Source of the DNA: Haliotis rubra
Taxonomy: Eukaryota
Direction: 5' to 3'
DNA: 64,000 nucleotides
NCBI RefSeq assembly: GCF_003918875.1
Contig: NW_025767313.1
Span: forward strand, 372,001 to 436,000
Below are positions 1 through 13,900 of the stretch, piece by piece (positions within the stretch are counted from its first letter, which is position 1; every line of letters begins with the position of its first letter). Position numbers and translations under genes: made by a program. Below the pieces are notes generated by a model. The model ran no database searches, was not told the origin of the DNA, and saw nothing but the letters and a program-made list of their open reading frames with translations.

Positions 1-2112
1 ACGCGTAAGCGAATTGTATTTTGACCGTAAAACGTACATGACTCCCAAATATTTGTGTAAGTGTGTTTGTTTGTACTATTCTTGACTACTGTTTAATGCT
101 AGGCCAATGAGATACCACCTTTAGCCTGAATATCCCGCTCGGACACAGTATTCCGACTCCGACTAGTCCTCCCTATCAAGGTGTTGACAAACGATTACTT
201 CGCCAACGCTATATTAATGCTATCCGATAGAGTGAAAGAGTGAGTTGAATGTCATGTCATTATAAACTACATCCGAGTTATATAACGGTGTCTGCTTGAT
301 GCTGGAGGAAAGCCGGTCTCGGACGTTTGCCACTTCGGCGAAACTCACGGCTATGAGTATGGAGCTGATAAACATAGACACTTACTTGATCGAGCCTAAC
401 CGAACCGGAATCCTCGGTTTCTGTCACACCCTGGGGACGCAACTCTGCACAGCGAATTGCGGCGCTTCAGACCTTCTGTCTGTGATTTGTGCAGCTATGT
501 CGGTTAGAAATAATAACAAACTGGTTGCAATATGGAGCATTGACAGAGATTCATAAACACAAAGCAATAAACCAAACTAGCCCTTTAAGGATTTAAGTAA
601 GCAGATACGAGGTGGACTCATACAGCGTGAGACATGTCTCGCAAGCCAATACAGTACTAAGTACCCAGTCTAAGTGCATTTCACAAATATCGGCTCAAAC
701 CACTTGTTCTTCGCTCTGCCGCACGAGTTCAAACAAGGCTGTTCTCACAAAGGACCATTTCAGGAATGAATCTTAGAGATTGGAAACAGCGGATCCTGAC
801 ACCAGCCGCGTGAAACTGAATCACGCAATGAAAATCTACTTTGTGGTGATATGTAGGGAGGTCTAAACAGAACTGTTGCACATAATATTTTATAAATGAT
901 AGGATTGGTTTGATTATTGTTTGGATATTTCTTTGATGTGAAGTGATGTCTAGTGAAGTAGAGCGGCCGTCTCTATCTCCTAGCACTATTAATAACACCT
1001 ACGTGTTAAGGTTGAGACCTATCTTATCCCATTGCTAAATTACAGTTGTTAGTGAGAAGCTAGATTTTTAGTAATAAGCTAGAATTGCGAGTTTGAGAGG
1101 CTCAGTACCAAATAACGACAATAATTAGCGTCATAAAAAGTACACATAAACATGTCAGCAAATATTTCGCATTAAGAAATTTGAAACCAGGAGTCTAACT
1201 TTACCGCGCGACTCAGACGGTACTTGTGGGTACTGTTGCCCGTTTAAGTACGTTGGGTGCTCTTCCCGTGTCTGTGACGGAGCTTGCCCATATAGTGTGA
1301 GTGCTATGCCCAATAAAAAATAATAATCCTTCAATGGGTGCTATTCCTGTGTCGTTGACAGAGCTTGCCCATATATTGCGGCTGCTATGCCTAATGAAAA
1401 AAATAAATAATCCTACTCTGACTTCAAAACTCTAAAATGCTGAATATTACTTCGCTGTCAGTGTCTTCTTAATACTGACACATAATATACATGTGCGTCT
1501 GTGGGTGGCTGGGCCCAAGAATATCCCTGTTCTCACTTCATTTTACAGAAGTAATTTGGTGCACATTGTTCATATGCACTTAATACATTATGGTATAGAC
1601 ATAAGAAAGTAGTAATGTACTGACTTGTGATTGAACATACCTGGTTGCACTTATCAACAACAACACAATGTATATCCTGAACGGAGTCCATTTAAGAACA
1701 CACAGCTAAGTAGGTCCTGATGAGTTCTGTTGTACACAATGTCCGTCTTGAAGATGTCCTTGAGGTATTTTCTGTATGAATACAGGATCTCCATAATGAT
1801 GGCTGTGATCAGATCTCTGTAGGAGAGACACAAGTACTTGCTTGGACTGTGGTATCTGGGTGATTCATCCTTAACTTGTAGGTTGTCCATCAGGTGGTTG
1901 TTGTATGATGCACCAGTAAAAATGGCGGCGTTGAGGATCCATGTTGATCAAGACGCTTGTAATCTCTTCAAGTAGACGTAGAACTTGGGGAATCATCATC
2001 ATCACATCATGTTAATGGTAGGCACATAGAGAGGTTTTCAAGATCGGGAGTAAGCTGAAAAGTTACTCCAGCCGGATTCTAACACCAAACTGTCGTGGTT
2101 TACGGGTCGACT

Positions 2113-2670
2113 GGGGAATTAGCTCATAATTAAGATGAAGTGTGCGTTGATGAAGACGAAGACATAGTTGAGCTCAAACCTCTTTAGTTACATGACAAAC
2201 AAATACACAAGACATGAGCGAGGTGAGCGGAGTACCTGCTCAACCCCAGGGCGTTTCCAACGAGCAGCATTATCCTGTTCGTGGTCGTCCCAACAGACAG
2301 TCCGAATACCGAACTCGTACTCCTTCGCTGTCTAGATGTGAGCATACCTAGTATATATATATATATATATACAGTTTTTGACAACAATGGTCAGGCGACG
2401 ACTCATCAATGGACAGACAGAAAAACAATAGTACTTCCTTGACCAGTTGATGTGATGGCAGACACGATTACCAATGAAGGTTATAAATGTCTTATACAAT
2501 AATTAACGGTCTGACAAGTCAATTTACAATGCGGTAGTGATAAGGATGTACAGTAGTGATTAAAAATACAGCTTAGCGTCATTTATATATTACAATAAAG
2601 TCTCACATGTCTTGAGTACATAGTTTTGGACTTTTTAAATATTTGGACGATGGCTGTCCTGAATTAGTCA
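2113..2670. repeat. Unclassified dispersed repeat; inverted copy at 36258-36806
   Basis: Colinear reverse-complement matches, e.g. GGCTGTCCTGAATTAGTC / GACTAATTCAGGACAGCC and AAAGTCTCACATGTCTTGA / TCAAGACATGTGAGACTTT. Confidence 0.8.
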
Positions 2671-2755
2671 CTATAAGAGATGTACTGAACAACCTTTATG
2701 GCTAACAACTTCTTTTACTTCGTGTGAGCGACGTTACGATTCTTGTACCATTGTC

Positions 2756-2853
2756 AAGACCCGGGTTCGATTCCCCACATGTGTACAATGTGTGAAGCCC
2801 ATTTCTGGTGTCCCCCGCCGTGGTATTGATGGAACATTGTTAAAAGGCGTAAA
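2756..2853 (+). mobile_element. SINE family A, 5'-truncated
   Basis: GACCCGGGTTCGATTCCCCACAT...GAAGCCCATTTCTGGTGTCCCCCGCCG. Confidence 0.8.
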
Positions 2854-2969
2854 AGCAAGGGATATATGTAAATGTAGTACTTTGTGGGGTTAAAATGTGA
2901 TTAACTTGTCCATTTTGAAGGTGGCAACAATTTCAGCCTCAGTTACGTGAAAATCTAATATCTAGCAAG

Positions 2970-4447
2970 CAGCTTTGTGTCCACGTTCGTTCTGTTTGGT
3001 GAAATGGCCTGTATGGAAGCTGCATGTCCACGTTCGTTCTATTTGGTGAAAGGGCCTGTATGGAAGCTGTGTGTCCACGTTCGTTCTGTTTGGTGAAATG
3101 GCCTGTATGGTAGCTGTACGTCCACGTTCGTTCTGTTTGTTGAAAGGTCCTGTATGGTAGCTGTACGTCCACGTTCGTTCTGTTTGTTGAAAGGTCCTGT
3201 ATGGTAGCTGTACGTCCACGTTCGTTCTGTTTGGTGAAAGGGCCTGTATTGTAGCCTGTGTACGTCCACGTTCGTTCTGTTTGGTGAAAGGGCCTGTATG
3301 GAAGCTGTGTGTCCACGTTCGTTCTGTTTGGTGAAAGGGCCTGTATGGTAGCTGTGTGTCAACGTTCGTTCTGTTTGTTGAAATGGCCTGTATGGTAGCT
3401 GTACGTCCACGTTCGTTCTGTTTAGTGAAAGGGCCTGTATTGTAGCTGTACGTCCACGTTCGTTCTGTTTGGTGAAAGGGCCTGTATGGTAGCTGTGTGT
3501 CCAAGTTCGTCCTGTTTGGTGAAAGGGTCTGTATGGTAGCTGTGTGTCCACGTTCGTTCTGTTTGGTGAAAGGGCCTGTATGGTAGTTGTGTGTCCACGT
3601 TCGTTCTGTTTGGAGAAAGGGTCTGTATGGTAGCTGTACGTCCACGTTCGTTCTGTTTGGTGAAAGGGTCTGTATGGTAGCTGTACGTCCACGTTCGTTC
3701 TGTTTGTTGAAAGGGTCTGTATGGTAGCTGTGTGTCCACGTTCGTTCTGTTTGGTGAAAGAGCCTGTATGGAAGCTGTTTGTCAACTTTCGTTCTGTTTG
3801 GCGAAAGGGCCTGTAAGGTAGGTGTGTGTCCACGTTCGTTCTGTTTGGTGAAAGGTCCTGTATGGTAGCTGTGTGTCCACGTTCGTTCTGTTTGTTGAAA
3901 TGGCCTGTATGGAAGCTGTGTGTCCACGTTCGTTCTGTTTGGTGAAAGGGCCTGTATGGTAGCTGCGTGTCCACGTTCGTTCTGTTTGGTGAAAGGGCCT
4001 GAATGGAAGCTGTATGTCCATATTTGTTCTGTTTGGTGAAAGGGCCTGTATTGTAGCTGTGTGTCCACGTTCGTTCTGTTAGGTGAAAGGGCCTGTAAGG
4101 TAGGTGTGTGTCCACGTTCGTTCTGTTTGGTGAAAGGGCCTGAATGGAAGCTGTATGTCCATATTTGTTCTGTTTGGTGAAAGGCCTGTATTGTAGCTGT
4201 ACGTCCACGTTCGTTCTGTTTGGTGAAAGGGCCTGTATGGTAGCTGTGTGTCCACGTTCGTTCTGTTTGATGAAAGGGCCTGAATGGAAGCTGTGTGTCA
4301 ACGTTCGTTCTGTTTTGGGAAAGGGCCTGTATGGTAGCTGTGTGTCCACGTTAGTTCTGTTTGATGAAAGGGCCTGTATTGTAGCTGTGTGTTCTGTTTG
4401 GTGAAAGGGCGTGTGTGATAGCTGTGTGTCCACGTTCGTTCTGTTTA
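2970..4447. repeat. 47-bp minisatellite, ~31 copies
   Basis: Unit GTGTCCACGTTCGTTCTGTTTGGTGAAAGGGCCTGTATGGTAGCTGT; period 47 (2981, 3028, 3075...). Confidence 0.95.
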
Positions 4448-4849
4448 GTTACATGGCCTCAGTGGTAGTTGTAGAACAGCATTCACTGCACTGAAATACC
4501 ATCGTGTGTCAGTGGCTATGATTTTGACATTTGTTTTGTGCCAATCTAATAATTTAGGAATATGTACCGGTTTTCTGTGTGTTTTCCCACAAGCCAGGCA
4601 GTCAAGATGACGATCTCCTTGCGATATTAACAGGTTATAAGAGAATATTACCTGACCATCATGTCTGTTATTACGTTACAGAGCAGTGGGAGTTTTGAGC
4701 AGTTTTCATTCATATTGATAACGGTTCGACTTCCTCCTTCCATTCAAAGCGTCAGATTGGCCATGTACCCCTCCACACACCACACGTCACGCACCAAGCC
4801 TCGAATCAGAAATAACTGTAATCCTACACTAATAATTACAAACGCAGCA

Positions 4850-5530
4850 ATAACAGCGCACCGAATCAATGTGCCCGTTGAAAGAAATTTGCTGCAGAAA
4901 ATACTCCACCTCCAGAATAGCACGTTCAATCTATTTCAGTTCTGTAAGTGTTTAGTCAACCTGAATAGCTATGAATATGCTTAATAAGCCGATACTACAA
5001 ATGATCGCTTTTCATTTCGGTGACGACAAGGAAGTAAGTTGTAGCGGAATGCCCAGTGAGGTGTGTTATTAAGCTGATGATGTCCACATGAATCAGGAGG
5101 CAGCGTGTTTTCCAGGGAGGGAGGGAAATGGCAGGAGAATGGTAATTATGACATTGTTTCCGAAAACATGCCGTGGGCAACTCGCGGTATTCTGCCAAGA
5201 TTCTTCAACAAGGTTTGCTGTTGTGCTTAATTGTCATTAGTCTTGTGAAGATATTGTTTTAGCTAACACATTTTTTGGATTTACCGACATTGTTAAATAT
5301 AGTACCTTTTGTAGACAATCGAGTGCAGTTTCTGGATTGTGGAGTGCCAGATAATGAAGCAGGTATGTGGTCGGAACTGCTCCTAATGCTTTGAATCTGT
5401 TTTACACTGAATGAACAATTGTCGCCAGTGTACTTCATATGTTCCTACACACCTAATGTCAGTACTAATAATAGTGGCCGAGTAATCAGAACCCCATCAC
5501 TTTGAGGGAATATATCTAATAACTACGTGG
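4850..5530 (-). mobile_element. Possible highly decayed non-LTR (I-group-like) retrotransposon fragment
   Basis: Scattered minus-strand peptides ALGAVPTT, ISLPPWK and VFSA resemble the post-RT/RNase H region of I-group LINEs; no intact frame. Confidence 0.3.
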
Positions 5531-6284
5531 ATTTCTACTTTATTCATTTTGACTATTCGAATTTGTACTACGAACATGAATGATAAGGCATCAAGCTGCC
5601 TTCGAGTATGCCGGACACGGAGATCTAGCGCAGGTCCATCAGGAGGTATCATATGGCGGCCGTGCCATCACTAGTTTCCGTCAGCAAATACAAGTCAATT
5701 TATTCTGGTTCCTGTCCGAACGTTATTCCGGGACAGTCAGTCAAAATAATATCAAATAAAACAACGTTACACACAAAACATGTGTTACGCATTGCAAATT
5801 GTTGGGCATGATAACAGTCTGATCTTTTTACCATAAATAACTAATGTTGTTCCGTAATCCCTAAACAATGATAGCCAATATTTGGGTTACCAGTAGCTCA
5901 CTGCAAACCAACATCAAGTTTCTTTTTACATCGTTTTGACCAAAACTCAATTTGCACAGCACAAATGGTTTTGCGAAAATATTCTTAGTAACATATAGGT
6001 TGATTCGTATGTTAAGATTTGATTAAAATGCATTAATGAGTTATAATATAGTGTCAGACACTAAAATATTGTCTTTACGTGATACTGACAACGGAGCGGC
6101 GTAAGTGTTTTCGCGAATACAGAAAGTCAGTAAGGAACTATTCACTGAAACGTACGTCACTCTCACTCAGTGAAGTGTATAATGTATACCAAGAATAACC
6201 GGTTTAATTATTCACCTCAACAATGTGTCTGCACTTGATATTGAAAGGCGACACGTGCTTTTAAGTCATGGGATTTCATCAAGT

Positions 6285-6449
6285 GGGGTTCCCAGGTCAA
6301 CTGAAGGGATCCTAAAGTCTGATCTATGGCATGGAAGGAGGGGTTCCAAGGTCAACTGAAGGGATCCTAAAGTCTGATCTGTGGCATGGAAGGAGGGGTT
6401 CCCAGGTCAACTGAAGGGATCCTAAAGTCTGATCTATGGCTTTGAAGGA
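6285..6449. repeat. 55-bp tandem repeat, 3 copies, upstream of PHM
   Basis: GGGGTTCCCAGGTCAACTGAAGGGATCCTAAAGTCTGATCT... at 6285, 6340 and 6395. Confidence 0.9.
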
Positions 6450-6764
6450 ACGTACTCATTCACATGGCCTGATTGGCTGGGTTTCATCTTGCCCCTTTAC
6501 AGTATATGCATACGCTTCAGTAATTTCCTGAGTTTGTAATAACCACGTCGGCGATTATTGGTGCATGTTACAATCTGGCATGGCTGTAAGAAAGACAAAG
6601 AGACATAAATAGCACACGCCCTCGCTTGGCACTTGATCTGATAATCTGTATTTCCAGGCCCCAGGAGGTGATAAGGACACTAGGTGTGCTTCCTTGTACG
6701 TCGGCTTTCACTAACTCACTTCCACTTGGGGAATGGTTTAAACGCCTTTGAAGGAAGGTAAACG

Positions 6765-7080
6765 ATGGATTTGATGGATATGTTTCTGGCCTTGTTTGTG
6801 CTAGTTTGCGATGTGTTCTACACCGAGGGATGGATACTTCAAGACCCCAATGCTTTCACTAGGACAATCCGAATGCCTCATGTCCGAGCCCAGAAGGTAC
6901 GTTCTCTTCTACGTGTTGATAACCATTCCATTTGGGTTAACATAGTGAGTGTAATCGCGTTTAGATTAGAATGTAATGTTTAATGTAGCACATTAATTCT
7001 AACAAATGGTGTGTAAACAGTTCACACACAAATGTTATAAACGCGTTATATATTGAACTGTGTAGATATTGTCTATTTAG

Positions 7081-7167
<87 letters not shown>

Positions 7168-10100
7168 GAACTGGAAGAACAGGACTTCATCTGTTTGTAT
7201 CTATTGTGAATGTAAATGTACTTCTTCTTTTCAGTAAGAGTATATGTAAAAACCACATCTTTATGTAATAATGTTCTGTGTTAAAGGCCGACGCCCTACT
7301 ATGCCATGCGGTGAAGTTAAACAAGAGAACGGCGTATATAGGTACAAATGTATTCATTGTTTCTATGTCCTATCAATTCATGGCGATGGTCGTTACAAGT
7401 GAGAACCTGAATGGCATTGACTATCAACATACCTGAATCATTACAAGACACGTGCTGCATTACAATCACTAATAAGCATGAGCATTAAGTGGCAGTTGCA
7501 ATACCACTTTTGAAATTGTTTCATTTAGACGATTTGCATACGGAAGAAATTTAATGTTTTTAGAATCTTTACTTTAATCTCTACTTTGATCACGCCATTG
7601 TAAATTTAAGTTCGGATTTTCTCATACGGGTAATAAAAAACTGTACTTTTTAAGCACTAAGTTTTAAAGCACCTAGCCAGTACCAGTTTTTGACATGTTT
7701 GGTTTCTCTGTTGTTACAGTGAAGTATGAGCCTCACGCCTCCAGAACCAGGGCACATCATCTGATGGTGTACGGGTGTAAGGTCCCAGGGGACAGAAGAC
7801 CCTACTGGTAAGTGACGACCCTACTGGTAAGTGGCGACCCAACTGGTAAGTCATCATTGCATTTAACATCGTTGTTTTGTTATCAAATCAAACAGTCAGT
7901 GTACAAAGATGAACAGCCCAGTAATATTCTCAGTGAATGCCTGTTTTCATCCACTGGGTGTGTTTTAATATTTTCAGTTCAGATATTCAATGCAATTCAG
8001 ATGTCCTATCGGTGAAACTGTAGTGAAAGGTAACATGATGCAGGATCTGCTCTGTACTGGCGTGTTCGTATATAGACCAACGGTTATACGAATGGCGCAC
8101 TCAGAAAGAACTCATATGACTGCTGTATATAATGTTGTCTTATATGAGTGAGTTTAAGTTTACGCCGCTTTTAGCAATATTCCATCAATATCACGGCAGG
8201 GGACACCAGAAATGGGCTTCACACATTGTAACCATGTGGGGAATAGAACCCGGGTATTCATGACGGCGAAGGCCTTAACCACTAGGCTACCCCGCTGCCA
8301 CTTATATATGACGACTTTATTGTTCTGCTGACCTGGCGATATTCGATCGGTTGTATATATGTTTCTGACAGTTTACGCAGCTTGTTCCTTGTGTACACTC
8401 TCAGATTCTGTGTTCCAGGTCTTGTGGTGAAACCAGCGACCGCTCAGAGCGGTCAGTATGCCTGGATGGAGACCGCCAGGTAGTGTTTGCCTGGGCCCTG
8501 GACGCTCCATCCATGAATCTCCCTGACGGTAACAATTCGCATGCCTACTCGATTGGCAAAGTTATAGATGCATTTTCATATCCGATATTCCCAGTTTCTG
8601 TAAGTCAACTCCGTATACACCTTTCTACTGAGGACCGGTTCCGTGGTGCTGTCGACGGACTGCCTGTCCGGAGAGCGGTCTGTGGTTCGATTTCCTAGCC
8701 GTGTCATAACAAATAACGGTAGAATTTGGTACTTCTTGTTTCCCTGTTTGAATTGCTGGAACAGTTAATAGACACTTACTAGAATTCTAAATACATTTCT
8801 TCTGACGTTCTTTGGATTCCACCTCAAACTGGGTTGGAGGGAAATGAGGTTGTGATCAAATGTTGCTAAATCTTGTATCATGTTTGATTGTATATCTTCG
8901 TCAGAATTCAAACGTTGTCCTAAAGGTTACCGTCTGGGAGAATTTACTTCATTACGTGCGCCATTTTCGTGCAAGATGTTCACTCGTAAAATCTGGTAAT
9001 GAAGTTCGACGATTTATGGTAGGAAGACATTCAGACAAGACTTCGCGAAAGTGTCGTCTAAATGTTTCAGAAACATTATCAGTAACGTCACTGTGCAGTG
9101 GTATAGTGACAGTGTGCCTGAAACAGTACACCACTGTTTATATTGATTTTCCGTAAAACAACAATTGAAGACAAACTCTTTAAAGGGAATGTGTACACGA
9201 AAAAATCAGGTTCTTTCGTAACTGAAACAAAACAGAATTATAAACTTAGTTAATTTTTATTTTCGAAAATATGCACTCAGATTCTGTATAAGTGTTGAAG
9301 CGTCATCCAATTATGAGGAGTTTGCTTTCCGAAGTAAACAGGTCAGAGTTACCTCCATTGGATTGTGACGTAATTGGTGCCAGTAGATTTAGACTGGTCT
9401 CCCGTCTAGTCCGAAAGCAAAATATACTAATAATGATATTAATCGCGTGAAGAATTGTGTAAAACAAATAAGATGAATTATAAATGAAACTGTAAGCAGC
9501 ACGACAGACTGACCATAAACCTCACCTCAATGAAAATACCAATGACATCACTATCGGTAAGCGACTTTCACAAAACGGTGTGAAATGTAAGTAATTAGAA
9601 ACATTCTACATGTTATACACTTTATGAAATGGGCATAAGTACCGTTAACGTTGTGCGGGGGGTTGCGTCAGGCATGGCGTCACGCAAGACGAAAGCTATT
9701 GTAAACTGTCTTGAATGTACCAAATCATTGAAATACAACTGTTTTAATTTCATCAATTCTTGCTTCGATACTCCTCCTACGCATGTGCATATTCTAGTAT
9801 ATTATAAAGTGGCTAGTATATTACGTTTCTAAAAACATTTCACAATTCCCATATACAGGAATGATCTGTGTGAAACAATGGTCAAGATGGCATCATGTTT
9901 TCTGTGATAGAGCTTCTTAAAACATTTCATTTCCCAATTCCGATATGAGAATGGTCTGTGTAAAACAATAGTCAAGATGGAATCTTCTAGCATCGCCTGT
10001 TCCTAATAGCCGGATCTAATACTGTGTCACGCCGTGGCCTACACCACTACGTGTTTGTTCTAGGTGTGGGCTTCCGCGTCGGTGGGGACACGGGCATCGA

Positions 10101-10894
10101 TTACATCGTCATACAGCTTCATTACGTGCAACGATTCCCAGGTGAGCTAGTCATGAAGCTATTTTTTACTTTTCCAAGCAGGAAACACAAACCGTAGAGC
10201 TCTTATCGTAGCTGTTGTAGTAACTCGTGAAGATCCGGGTTAGAATTGGTCTTAAGCAACCCATGCTTGTCGTAAGAAGAGGGGGATCGGGTGGTCAGGC
10301 TCGCTGACTTTACTGACACATGTCATCGTATCCCGAATGCTCGTGCTGTTGGTCACTGGATTGTCTGGTTCAGAGACTGCCTTCATAAAGCGGGAATATT
10401 GCTGAGTGCGGCGTTAAACAACAAACAACAACAACAACAAAATAGCTGTTATAGCAATTGCCGCTGATATACACTACATGTGATTATATAACTACAGGTT
10501 ACCTGACGGATGACTCCGGAGTAACACTACACATGACCTACACGACGTGAGTATCATCACTGGTTACTTTATGGGGTTTTTTTTATTTGTTGGGTTTGTN
10601 NNNNNNNNNNNNNNNNNNNNNNNNNNNNNNNNNNNNNNNNNNNNNNNNNNNNNNNNNNNNNNNNNNNNNNNNNNNNNNNNNNNNNNNNNNNNNNNNNNNN
10701 NNNNNNNNNNNNNNNNNNNNNNNNNNNNNNNNNNNNNNNNNNNNNNNNNNNNNNNNNNNNNNNTGTTGTCTTTTTTTAGTGTGTTTGTTTTTGGGGCTTT
10801 TTTGTTTTGGTTGGTTTTTTTATTTGTTTTGTTGTTTTTTCGGTGTGTGTGTGTTTTGGTTATTTTGTTTGTTTTTAATTGTTATGTTTGTTTT

Positions 10895-10926
<32 letters not shown>

Positions 10927-13900
10927 TCGTGTGTGTGTTTTGTTTTGGTGTGTGTGGGTGTGTGGGTGTGGGTGTGGGTGTTAATGTAACTAAGATTTAA
11001 GGGAGACATTGAGTAACGCTAGATCGGCTGTCGATTTGGCAATGATAACCCCAGCATGTTCTTGATTCAGGCAACAGAAGCAAGCAGGCTTCTACGTGTT
11101 GGCCGATACTGGCTACATACCTCCTCAAATGCAAGGTTGGTTAAAATTACTTCAAAACGTTTGGGTTTTTAACGGTTGAAGAGAAACACTCATTTCATCA
11201 AAATATTTATTGGTGTTTATATACTTCCTTCCAAATATGCACTTTATTGTGTAGTAATGGATATATCAACGTATCGCCTGATGTAGTACATGTCATTTAG
11301 CTACATTAGTATGGCATCATTCATGTATCAAACATCTCTCACTTAACATGTTTGGTAACATAATTATACTGTGGTAACATCTCAAAATCCTTTTAACAGA
11401 ATTCCATATGGAAAGTGCGTGCGATTATGACAGCTACTCCATCTTCCCTATTGGCTACAGGACGCACTCACATAACCTTGGTAAGTCGTTATGTCTCCCA
11501 GCCAATCCACGGGGAGGAAATTGTAGCACTTCCGTGTGGGTGTCATGAGCGGACACACGTGCTTATGATCAGTGGTCAATATGTCCAGCAGGGATTAACA
11601 TTGATATTGATGACCATGAACTATAAGAACTATAAACGACGGCTTAAATCACACATATATTGAGCAGCGTTGTCCTCACACCTAATACTAGCTCCATATC
11701 TATTTTCATACTCCATTCAAGAAACCCAACTGGTTCTTCGAGTATGATCCGCTACACTGTTAGGATGTGTATACAGTTACTTGTAAACATATGTATATAC
11801 ACACCGTCCACGAGTCTACAACCTTCCCGATACATCATCACAGCCTGCCAGTAGTCAGGTCGACACTTGTCACTATGTCAACACATTGATAATTCTTCAG
11901 GATTCGGAATCTTAGAACCCGTGAAGATCAAAGTTACAATTGATCTTCGGTAACCCATGCTTGTCGTAAGAGGCGATTGAATAACGGGATTGGGTGGTCA
12001 GGCCCGCTGACTTGGTTGACACATATCATCGTATCCCATTTGTGCAGGTCGATGTTGAAGTTGTTGATCACTGGATTGTCTTGTCCAGACCCGCTTATTT
12101 ACAGACCACCGACATATAGCTGGAAGATTGCTGAGTGCGGCGTAAAACCAAACTCACTCACTCACTCGGAATCTTAGACACCCATTGTTCGTCTTTTCTA
12201 TATTCGTTGGTAGTATTTTGTCACAGGTGACTGTTTTCAATAATCCCTGTTCTAAAGGTTACCCCTTACCAAACAGTGACTAATTTTCAATTTTGATTAA
12301 ATATAACGCGAAAACGTTGAGTCGTTTATATGAATGTATGGTGGCTACACAAAATCTGCTACTGGGGAAAAGAGGCACTATCCCTGCTGAAGTTTGATTA
12401 GTGGTGCTTTATATAACTCAAGGAACTGTACCACGATGCCATTTTAGCACTGCGATGATCAATGGTATGTAAAAAATTTGGACTTAAACCAGAAGAAACC
12501 CTAAGTTGTGCTTGGTGAACAGGTAGCTTAAACATGTTGCACTTTCTTTTCACAAAGCTGTATTCATGTTGATATAACGCATGTTGTTGTGTCAGGCTTG
12601 GTAACATCTGGCTACCGGATTAGAGACGGCCAGTGGACGGAGATAGGACGGATGTCTCCACAGTTGCCACAGGTGCGTGACAGACAACATTGTGTCGATT
12701 TTTTAAATAGCAGGAATCGAGACTGGAATCAAGTAGACAGTTTCCTTTGTTTCATTTATTCACGAACTACGTATTATTCGAAACATTCATGATCAAAAAT
12801 CATTATTCGACATATTCCATGTGACCTGCCAAATATAACAGGAAGTATTTCTGTCGATTATAAAATTCAATGCTTTGTAGATTATGATGTTATTTTCAAA
12901 ATGTATTAACACAGGTCAATATGGAATAATAGATCCAAATAAGGAAAACTGAGGATGATGAAGCGTTCAGACACTACTCTCAATGGTACAACTGTCAAAT
13001 CTGAATCACATTCAAACACCTGTGCCTCTGGTTTACGTCACTCGTACGACCACTGTGAAATCTGCTGTGGAATCTATTATGAAATCTGCTGTGAAATCCA
13101 GTGTGAAATGTAGTGTCTGAGGTTCATAAACATTGTAATGAAACATAATTGAAGACTTCGATATTCGATTAGCTGTAGTTATTAGATGAAGAACCAGTGA
13201 CATTTATATCATGAGATTATTTCATTACGTCCCTTTGTCGAGGAGTAATTATCACTTTGAAGTTCGCCTACTCATAACACTGTCAATGAATGGCGTCGAC
13301 TGGTACAAAAGATCTCCAATGCGTCAGCAGTTAAGTAATATAACGTAACAAACACCGCCTTTATGCGCAAAATGTCAAGCATAATGTATTCGTACCGTCA
13401 TTATTGTGAATGATTTGGTCAACACAGCCATAAAGTAACAATATCAGATTGACTTTACTTCCGTCTGTTTTTTACGACTTACCTTGTGTTTCAGACATTC
13501 TACAACATAACAACTCCCCACCTCAGTATACGGAAGGGGGATATTTTGGTAAGCGGAACATCACGCAGGTCACTTTGTATCATTGATGTCCTTTAGTAAT
13601 CAGTTGCTCAATCTGGCCTCCCTGAACGCTAAAACATTAGGCAATCGGTGCAATATCTCATTCGAAACTTTCAGATACAAAAACAATTTCAAATACTTTT
13701 TGAAATACTTTTTCTTAGCAGGATTATCTGGAATTTCAGGCGAGCATTAAATTTAAGACTGATTAAGGCTGAAGTAAATGAAAGTGATTAAACTTCATGA
13801 AACCAATATCATGGTGGGTCTTTGAATGACATTTAGAAGTGATACATCTGTTTACTAATATTTTCACTAAATGTCATGTTCCTAAAGAAGTTGACATCCA

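Noticed and set aside
296-556. 86-aa ORF, or a possible minus-strand exon with a GTAAGT donor at ~385
   Set aside because: No recognisable protein motif; a single donor-like site is insufficient evidence.
2939-4433. Long minus-strand ORFs (464, 368 and 125 aa)
   Set aside because: They are translations of the 47-bp minisatellite, which cycles through all three frames with few stops; no unique domain or splice support.
10547-11000. Hydrophobic ORFs across the N gap
   Set aside because: Low-complexity T/G tract plus Ns inside PHM intron 6.
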